A stretch of 53,650 nucleotides of DNA. Source: a virus. This document shows, piece after piece, positions 47,379 through 53,650 of the stretch. Position 1 is the stretch's first letter. Each line of letters begins with the position of its first letter. The notes beneath the pieces were generated by a model. That model was not told the origin of the DNA and did no database searches. It saw only the letters and a list, made by a program, of their open reading frames with translations. The stretch lies in the IMG/VR virus record IMGVR_UViG_3300005518_000005; one strand, written 5' to 3'. Position numbers and translations under genes: made by a program.

Positions 47379-47486
47379 AGGCGCGATCGGGGCCTGGAGC
47401 TATCCGACTACCTCCGAGCCCTCAAACGCGCCACGGCGGCCCCATTCCTGCGAAACTGACGCCATTCCTCAACCGGAGATCACCCG

Positions 47487-47798
47487 ATGAAAGCCGACCC
47501 GACCACAACCCGGCCCCTGAGCTTCTCGGACGACGCCAACGCGCGCCGCTACCGCAACCAAGCCACGGGCATCGGCCAGTGCCGCAGCGCCGCGGAGATG
47601 ACCGGCGCGTGCCGCAGCCAGTGCGTGATCGACGCGGCGCCGCCGGCACAGCTCGCGCTCGCCGATCGGAGCTATCCCTCGCCCGGGCCGAAGATGGTCG
47701 ACGGCATGCTCTGCGACGCCATCACAGGCCTGCCGTGGAAGCCCGCGCTCGGCGGCGCGAATCCCGCGGTGACGCAGCCGGGCACGTACCGGCGATGA
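47487..47798 (+). CDS. Hypothetical Cys-containing protein between terS and terL (103 aa)
   Basis: GGAGAT upstream of the ATG. High GC3. Confidence 0.6.
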   Translation: MKADPTTTRPLSFSDDANARRYRNQATGIGQCRSAAEMTGACRSQCVIDAAPPAQLALADRSYPSPGPKMVDGMLCDAITGLPWKPALGGANPAVTQPGTYRR

Positions 47799-47801
47799 AT
47801 C

Positions 47802-47880
47802 AGGGCCGTGCCCGCAGTTGGTTAGCGGGACTTCACGCGCAAGCGTGGGGCAGCCGCGGGTTCGATTCCCGCCGGCCCTG
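47802..47880 (+). ncRNA. tRNA-like element without a canonical anticodon loop (pseudo-tRNA / tRNA-derived structure)
   Basis: 7-bp acceptor stem AGGGCCG/CGGCCCT. D-arm CCCG-CAGTTGGTTAG-CGGG. T-arm GCGGG-TTCGATT-CCCGC. The central arm is TCACGC-GCAA-GCGTGG (tetraloop). No encoded CCA. It fills the gap between two ORFs exactly. Confidence 0.6.
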
Positions 47881-47884
47881 ACCC

Positions 47885-49516
47885 GTGGTCCATCAGACAC
47901 TGCCCTCGGTCGTGCGCTCGCCCACCGGGCAGCGCCACCGGATCGGCGCGGTCCCGGTCAAGCTGTCCGAGATCACGAACGAGGCGATCAAGGGCACGCC
48001 GCTGGACGAGCTGTTCGATGGGCTCGCGCGCTTCGCGTACGACCCGTACGGCTTCGTGATGTGGGCATTTCCCTGGGGCGAGGTCGGCACGCCGCTGGAG
48101 CATGAGAGCGGGCCGGAGCCGTGGCAGCGCGCGCACCTCGAGCGCGTCGGCGATGCCCTCCTCGCTGGCGCCCCGCTGCCGGTCGAGGAGGACACCGCAT
48201 CCGGCCACGGCGTCGGCAAGAGCTCGGCCGTGGCCTGGGTCATCCTCTGGGCCATCTCGACGCACGAGGACACGCGCGGCGTGGTCACGGCCAACACCGA
48301 CACGCAGCTTCGGACGAAGACGTGGGCCGAGCTCGCCAAGTGGTATCAACTGTTCATCGGCAAGAGCCTCTTCACGCTCACGGCGACGGCCATCTTCATC
48401 GCCAACGATCCGGTGCGCGAGAAGGCGTGGCGCATCGACGCTGTGCCCTGGTCGGAGAACAACACCGAGGCTTTCGCCGGCCTGCACAACAAGGGCAAGC
48501 GCATTCTCGTGCTGTTCGACGAGGCGTCGACGATCGCCGACCTCGTGTGGGAGGTGACGCGCGGCGCCCTGACCGACGCGGACACACAGATCATCTGGTG
48601 CCGCTACGGCAACCCCACGCGCACCAGCGGGGAGTTCCACAAGCAGTGCACGCGGCCCAGCCACAACCCGTACCACCACTTCACCGAGGTGGATGCGCGC
48701 GAGGTCCGCTTCACGAACAAGATCCAGATCGGCGCGTGGATCAAGGAGTACGGCGAGGACAGCGATTTCGTGCGGGTGCGCGTGCTCGGCAAGTTCCCGC
48801 GCGCCGGCTCGGCGAACTTCATCTCCCCGGGGCTGGTGACCGAGGCCCGCCGCCGCCGGCTGCCGATGAATTCCTACCTCGCCAGCCCCAAGATCCTCGC
48901 CTGTGACCCGGCCCGTTTCGGCGACGACGCCACCGTCATCACGCTGCGCCAGGGCATGATCGTCCACTGGCAAGAGAAGATGTCGGGGTACGACGGCCAC
49001 CAAGTCGCGGGCCGGCTGTTCGAGATGCTCACGGGGGACATCAACCGGCCGCGCCACGAGCGCCGTGACGCTCAGGGCTCGATCTGCATCGCCTACGATG
49101 CGAACGGCAACGGTGCCGATCTGGATACCGCGCTGCGCAACATGTCCCGCGCGGGCAAGCTCACCGTGCCGCTCGTGCCCGTCATGTGGGGCGTGCCGGC
49201 GAAGGACGACCGCCAGTACTTCAACCAGCGCAGCGAGGCCTGGGGCAAGATGCGCGACTTCCTCGAGCACGGCCAGATCCCGGACGACGACCAGCTCGCC
49301 GAGGAGCTCTCCTCGCTGGAGTACGGCTACGACGCGCTGTTCCGTATCCAGCTCGAAAGCAAGAAGGACGCGAAGAAGCGCGGTGTCTCGTCTCCCGACT
49401 GCGCCGACTCCATCGCGATTTCGTTCGTCCCCGAGCTGATCGACCGCAAGGTCGTGACGGCCCGCGTGCGTCCGGTCAACCAGCGCAAGGTCGTGTGGAC
49501 CGGAGTCCGGCAATGA
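47885..49516 (+). CDS. terL: Terminase large subunit
   Basis: TASGHGVGKSSAV (Walker A) and RILVLFDEAS (Walker B) are present. 543 aa. GTG start 3 nt after an in-frame TGA. Confidence 0.88.
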   Translation: MVHQTLPSVVRSPTGQRHRIGAVPVKLSEITNEAIKGTPLDELFDGLARFAYDPYGFVMWAFPWGEVGTPLEHESGPEPWQRAHLERVGDALLAGAPLPVEEDTASGHGVGKSSAVAWVILWAISTHEDTRGVVTANTDTQLRTKTWAELAKWYQLFIGKSLFTLTATAIFIANDPVREKAWRIDAVPWSENNTEAFAGLHNKGKRILVLFDEASTIADLVWEVTRGALTDADTQIIWCRYGNPTRTSGEFHKQCTRPSHNPYHHFTEVDAREVRFTNKIQIGAWIKEYGEDSDFVRVRVLGKFPRAGSANFISPGLVTEARRRRLPMNSYLASPKILACDPARFGDDATVITLRQGMIVHWQEKMSGYDGHQVAGRLFEMLTGDINRPRHERRDAQGSICIAYDANGNGADLDTALRNMSRAGKLTVPLVPVMWGVPAKDDRQYFNQRSEAWGKMRDFLEHGQIPDDDQLAEELSSLEYGYDALFRIQLESKKDAKKRGVSSPDCADSIAISFVPELIDRKVVTARVRPVNQRKVVWTGVRQ

Positions 49517-49728
49517 AGCAACTGCTCGAGATCGAAGTAAAAGGCAACAGCGGCAAAACCTTCGGGTTTTCGTTCCGCGGCGACCCGCGATACCTCGCGG
49601 AGTGGCGGGCCGAGGGCTTCGTAATCAACGAGATCGTGAACACGATCCCGGTGTGGGCGCAGCAGCTCGGTCTGACGTGCATCTGGCGCCGTGTGCAGGA
49701 CGCTTGGCAGTGGTTGCGGGTCTGGTGA
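49513..49728 (+). CDS. Hypothetical protein (71 aa) coupled to terL
   Basis: ATGA overlap with the terL stop. The product begins MKQLLEIEVKGNSGKTFGFSFRGDPRYLAEWRAEGF... Confidence 0.65.
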   Translation: MKQLLEIEVKGNSGKTFGFSFRGDPRYLAEWRAEGFVINEIVNTIPVWAQQLGLTCIWRRVQDAWQWLRVW

Positions 49729-49926
49729 CAGCCTGCGTGTGGACCGGAGTGCGCGCGCGACCGCATAATCCGGCCGTCATCTCGCGGACGAAGGCGGACC
49801 CGTACCCGCCGAAGGACACGGATAGCCCACCACGGGCGATGCTGGCGAGGGTTTCGTTGCCACGCGGCGGGATGACACTTTCGAGCACGCGGCCCGGACC
49901 ATGCTCGCCACCGAGGACTACCCCGC

Positions 49927-52290
49927 ATGGCGACAACCCCCGCTCTCTCGCAGACCGCGCAGCCCCAGCCGCAACAAGGCCGCGGCACCAACCCCCTTGT
50001 CCGCGTCACCGGCCTGCAGCAGCTTCTGCAGCGCGAGGCCGAGACGCCACCGAGCGCCACCTCGATCGACGCGTCCGGCCCGCTGTCCGCGCTCGCCGGC
50101 CACGTGCGCCACGCCTGGGGCAACAACAAGCTCGCCAAGCAGAAGGTCGAGCTCAAGCTCCTGATGTGCCTGCGCGAGCGCCGTGGCGTCTACTCGCCGG
50201 CGCAGATCGCGTCCATGCAGGCGTCGCGCGGCGGCCTCAACCTCGTGAAGGCCGATCTCACCGAGACCAAGTGTCGCGCGGCCTCGGCGTGGATACGCGA
50301 GATCGTGTTGCCGGTGGGCGAGCAGCCGTGGGGCGTGGACCCGACGCCTGTGCCCGACCTACCGGACGCGGTGAAGAAGGGGCTCGTGCAGAAGGCGATC
50401 AAGCAGGCCAACGACGCGATGAACCAGATCGCGCAGCAGGGTGGCGGCACGCTCTCGGCCGACGAGTACCGCGCGCTCATCACCCAGATCGGCACCAAGC
50501 TGCGCGACGACGCCGAGACCGCGCTCGTGCGCGCCGCCGAGCAGCGCGCCAAGCGCATGGAGAAGCAGATTGCCGACCGGCTGGACGAGGGCGGCTACGC
50601 GACGGCGATGGACCAGTTTGTCGAGGACTTCGTCACCTACCCGGCGGCGATCCTCAAGGGACCGATCTACCGGCGTCACAAGCAGCTCGAGTGGGCCACC
50701 GGCTGGAAGCCCAAGGTGTCGGACAACCCGCATCAGACGTGGGAGCGCGTCTCCCCGTTCGACGCCTATCCCGCTCCGTCCGCGCGGGACTGTCAGGTGG
50801 GCGACTTCATCGAGCGCATCCGCTTCCGGCGCGAGGAGCTGCACGGCCTCAAGGGGCTGCCCAACTACAAGGACGACCAGATCGATAAGGCCCTCCTCGA
50901 CTACTCGGCCGGGCACCTCGAGGGCTGGCTCTGGACCGAGGCCGAGCGCATTCGGCTCGAGCAGGAGTCGATGTACATGTGGCTCTCGCCGCCGGGCGTC
51001 ATCGACGCGCTCAACTACTGGGGCTCGATCCCTGGTTGGAAACTGATGTCGTGGGGCGTGACCGACCGCGACGGCCTGATCCTCGAGGAGACGCGCGACT
51101 ACGAGTGCAACGTGCTGCTGTGCGGTTCCTACGTCCTGTATGCCGCGGTGAACCCTGACCCGCTCGACCAGCGACCGTACCACCGCGCGTGCTACGACGA
51201 GATCCCGGGCGCGTTCTGGGGCCGCTCGATCCCCGACCTGTGCTCGACGTCGCAGCAGATGTGCGACGGCATCGCATGCGCGCTGGCCGACAACCTGTCG
51301 CAAGCCAGCGGGCCGATGGTCTGGGTGCACGCCGATCGGTTCGCGGACGGCGAGCAGACTCTCGACATCTTCCCGTGGAAGGTGTGGCAGCTCAAGAGCG
51401 ACCCGACGCAGGGCGTGAATCCGGGCATCGGCTTCTGGCAGGCCGACGACCGTGCGGCCAACCTGATGGCGACCTACGAGAAGTGGGAGCTGCGCGCCGA
51501 CGACGCCTCCGGCATCCCGCGCTACACCTACGGCAACGAGCGGGCCGGCGGCAGCGCCGACACCGCGACGGGCCTGTCCATGTTGATGAACAACGCGGCC
51601 AAGGGGCTGCGCCGCGCGATCTCGAACATCGACATCAACGTGACGTCGCGCACGATCGGGATGTGCTTCGTCAACGAGATGCTCTACAACCCGGACCCGT
51701 CGATCAAGGGCGACTGCGTGCCGGTGCCGCGCGGCGCCGCGGCGATCCTCATCAAGGAGAGCGCGCAGCAGCGGCGCACCACGTTCTTGACGATGGTCGC
51801 GGGTAACCCGCTGCTGGCCCAACTGATCGGGCCGAAGTACCTCATCAACCTCGTGCGCGAGGTCGCGACGTCGATGGAGCTCCCGGTGGACGAGGTCGTC
51901 CCGAGCGAGGAGGAGATCGACCAGCAGCAGGCACAACAAGCCTCGGCAGCGCAGGCCCAGGCCCAGGCGCAGGCGGCGCTCGAGCAGCAATCCCAGGCGG
52001 CGCAGGGCGAGCGCGAGCGGCAGAACATCAACGCGCAGACCGTCGCCGACATCATCAAGGAGGCCGTGGCGCATGCGCTGCAGACCGGCGCCGTGCTGCC
52101 GCCGATGGCGCAGGCCGCGATCGCGGCGCCGCAGATCCCGGGCGCTCCTGCACCCGCGGCCGCCCCGCAACCCGCCGGCCAGCAGCAACCCGCACCCGAG
52201 GAACAGCCCGGCCAACCCGAGGAACAGCCCGAGCAGGGCGGGGAACAAGCCGTACCTCCGGGCGCGTCACAACCGGAAGTTATGGGTTGA
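49927..52290 (+). CDS. Portal protein (787 aa) with a Gln/Ala/Pro-rich C-terminal tail
   Basis: Size and position (after terL, before scaffold and capsid). Long high-GC3 ORF. Confidence 0.75.
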   Translation: MATTPALSQTAQPQPQQGRGTNPLVRVTGLQQLLQREAETPPSATSIDASGPLSALAGHVRHAWGNNKLAKQKVELKLLMCLRERRGVYSPAQIASMQASRGGLNLVKADLTETKCRAASAWIREIVLPVGEQPWGVDPTPVPDLPDAVKKGLVQKAIKQANDAMNQIAQQGGGTLSADEYRALITQIGTKLRDDAETALVRAAEQRAKRMEKQIADRLDEGGYATAMDQFVEDFVTYPAAILKGPIYRRHKQLEWATGWKPKVSDNPHQTWERVSPFDAYPAPSARDCQVGDFIERIRFRREELHGLKGLPNYKDDQIDKALLDYSAGHLEGWLWTEAERIRLEQESMYMWLSPPGVIDALNYWGSIPGWKLMSWGVTDRDGLILEETRDYECNVLLCGSYVLYAAVNPDPLDQRPYHRACYDEIPGAFWGRSIPDLCSTSQQMCDGIACALADNLSQASGPMVWVHADRFADGEQTLDIFPWKVWQLKSDPTQGVNPGIGFWQADDRAANLMATYEKWELRADDASGIPRYTYGNERAGGSADTATGLSMLMNNAAKGLRRAISNIDINVTSRTIGMCFVNEMLYNPDPSIKGDCVPVPRGAAAILIKESAQQRRTTFLTMVAGNPLLAQLIGPKYLINLVREVATSMELPVDEVVPSEEEIDQQQAQQASAAQAQAQAQAALEQQSQAAQGERERQNINAQTVADIIKEAVAHALQTGAVLPPMAQAAIAAPQIPGAPAPAAAPQPAGQQQPAPEEQPGQPEEQPEQGGEQAVPPGASQPEVMG

Positions 52291-52326
52291 CGCCGGCTTA
52301 GAACGCCCTGCACAATCCGCGCCAAC

Positions 52327-52608
52327 ATGATCCGCTTGAACACCGAGCAACTTCGCGTTCTGGAGGCGATAGGCAAAGCCCCGGGCAACGCTCAGTTCAA
52401 GCAGATCCTCGACGAGGCGATTGCGGACGCCAACGCGAACCTGCGGAAGATGACCGGAGAAGCCCTCCTGCGCGAGCAGGGCAAGGCGCTTTTTCTGGAC
52501 GAGCTCGCAGGCAAGCTCTGGCCCCCGATCGTCCGTCGTCCTGTGACCGAATCAAGGCCCGCCGTCCACTGGATGGAAGCCACGGGCCTCACGAACGGCT
52601 CACCTTGA
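52327..52608 (+). CDS. Hypothetical protein (93 aa)
   Basis: ATG start between portal and scaffold. No clear SD. Confidence 0.5.
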   Translation: MIRLNTEQLRVLEAIGKAPGNAQFKQILDEAIADANANLRKMTGEALLREQGKALFLDELAGKLWPPIVRRPVTESRPAVHWMEATGLTNGSP

Positions 52609-52668
52609 CAGGGACCCGCGCACGCATCCCTCGCGACCCCCGGCAACTGACCGGATCGTGGAGTTTCC

Positions 52669-53650
52669 ATGCAGCCGAATACGGCCCGATCTGATACCCA
52701 ACTTCCCCGGGCGGTACGCCGCCAGATGGTTCGCGTGAACGCTCGAGTGGATGAGCGCGCCGCGGCCAACACGCCGGCTCCGACCGATCCCGCGGAAGAT
52801 CCTCCCGCAGACCCGACGCCCCCGGCGCCATCTGCCCCCGGCGCATCGCCGGCCGACGTCGACCCTCGACACAGCGACCCCAGCTACTGGCGGTCGCGCT
52901 TCGACAACACCGCGGGCGTGCTCGCGGCCGTGCGTCGGGAGCATGTGACCGAGGCGGCGCGGCTGAATGCCCGGATTGCCGAGCTGGAGCAAACCAAGGC
53001 GAACCTCGAAACCGCACTTGCCGCAGCCCCTGCCGCACCGGACCCCGATCCGCAGTTCGACGTGAAGGAATACTTCTCGCCGGCCGAGATCGACCAGTAC
53101 GGCGAGGAGCAGTGCAAGGTCATGATCCGATCCGCCATCAAGGCGTCTCTACGCGCGACGCGTCAGAGCCAGCCGCCGGCCGCGCAACCCGCGCCGCCCG
53201 CACCGGCTGCCGCTCCGACCGCGCCCCAGACGCCGCCGGCCGATCCCGCGAAGACCGCGCGGGCCGAGCTGATGGGCAAGCTCGACGAGCTGCTGCCCGA
53301 GTGGCGTGACTGGGATCTGGACCCGAGACTACATGCGTGGCTGGCGGAAGAGGAGAACGGCGTGCCGCGGCAAGCGGTGCTCAACGTTCACATCACCAAC
53401 GCGGACGCGAAGAAGATCGCCGCGCTGTACGAGCGCTGGGACCGTCAGGCCACCGTGGCTGCACCGCAGCCTCCGGTGCAGCCCAGCGGCTCCGGCGCCA
53501 ACAGCGGCGGCGACCCGCCTCCTGCTCCGAGCCGCAAGGCCATGACCGCGCCGTCTTCGGCTGAGGTCAAGGACTACTACAAGCGGCTCGCGCTCGGCAA
53601 GGTCAAGGACGAGGAACGGGCTCAGTTCGAGGAGCGTTTGAAGCTGCGCC
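52669..53650 (+). CDS. Scaffolding protein (open at the window end; continues to the stop at 72-74 through the terminal repeat)
   Basis: GGAG lies 5 nt before ATG 52669. Ala/Pro/Glu-rich and helical. Sits between portal and major capsid. Absent from the track because no stop falls inside the window. Confidence 0.7.
   Translation, partial: MQPNTARSDTQLPRAVRRQMVRVNARVDERAAANTPAPTDPAEDPPADPTPPAPSAPGASPADVDPRHSDPSYWRSRFDNTAGVLAAVRREHVTEAARLNARIAELEQTKANLETALAAAPAAPDPDPQFDVKEYFSPAEIDQYGEEQCKVMIRSAIKASLRATRQSQPPAAQPAPPAPAAAPTAPQTPPADPAKTARAELMGKLDELLPEWRDWDLDPRLHAWLAEEENGVPRQAVLNVHITNADAKKIAALYERWDRQATVAAPQPPVQPSGSGANSGGDPPPAPSRKAMTAPSSAEVKDYYKRLALGKVKDEERAQFEERLKLR
53591..53650. repeat. Terminal direct repeat, right copy (identical to 1-60)
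   Basis: Exact 60-bp identity with the window start. Confidence 0.97.

Noticed and set aside
47802-47880. attP / integration-site remnant of a host tRNA gene, implying a temperate lifestyle.
   Set aside because: Both halves of the acceptor stem are present, so it is not just a 3' fragment. I recognised no integrase, excisionase or CI-type repressor anywhere in the genome.

Overview
The window is a complete, circularly closed dsDNA tailed-phage genome. Bases 1-60 are identical to 53591-53650, so the unique length is about 53,590 bp. GC content is high and the genome is densely coded, with many 1-4 nt stop/start overlaps (ATGA, GTGA, TGATG). I saw no tape-measure, sheath or tube candidates, but there are several large internal/ejection-type proteins, so a podovirus-like virion is likely (inference). 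No integrase or CI-type repressor was recognised.

Layout:
- Plus strand, morphogenesis: terS, a small ORF, a tRNA-like element, terL, portal and scaffold (46.4-53.6 kb). This continues across the junction into major capsid, head/tail proteins, tail-fibre modules, internal virion proteins and a 1633-aa polyvalent ORF (0.1-18.9 kb).
- Plus strand, membrane/lysis block (18.9-22.7 kb): it includes an SLT-type endolysin.
- Minus strand (22.8-40.4 kb): a ten-gene glycosyl-/methyl-transferase cassette, followed by a replication module. That module holds an SNF2 helicase, VRR-NUC, an intein-containing family A DNA polymerase, a DUF2815-like SSB and a split DUF2800-like nuclease. Early small genes follow.
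- Divergent control region at about 40.4-40.6 kb, then a plus-strand block with a Cro-like regulator, a PD-(D/E)XK nuclease and a primase-helicase. A short minus-strand block holds a DUF932-like gene.

Most notable observations:
- A mini-intein in the polymerase carries a complete HNH homing endonuclease gene in a different reading frame.
- The large transferase cassette has no sugar-activation or export genes.
- Codon-usage frame switches and SD-led nested ORFs occur inside the giant virion ORF.
- The Cas4-like nuclease is split by an in-frame TGA plus an 18-codon relay micro-ORF.
- A tRNA-derived element lacks an anticodon loop.
- A candidate Acb2-like nucleotide sponge is present.
- The first early gene encodes a Gly/Tyr/Asp repeat peptide.
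- An 18-bp palindromic operator-like motif recurs at three control regions.
- Several intergenic structures are closed by long stems.

All calls come from reading the sequence and the ORF track. No searches or computations were run, and family names are recollections that need profile searches.
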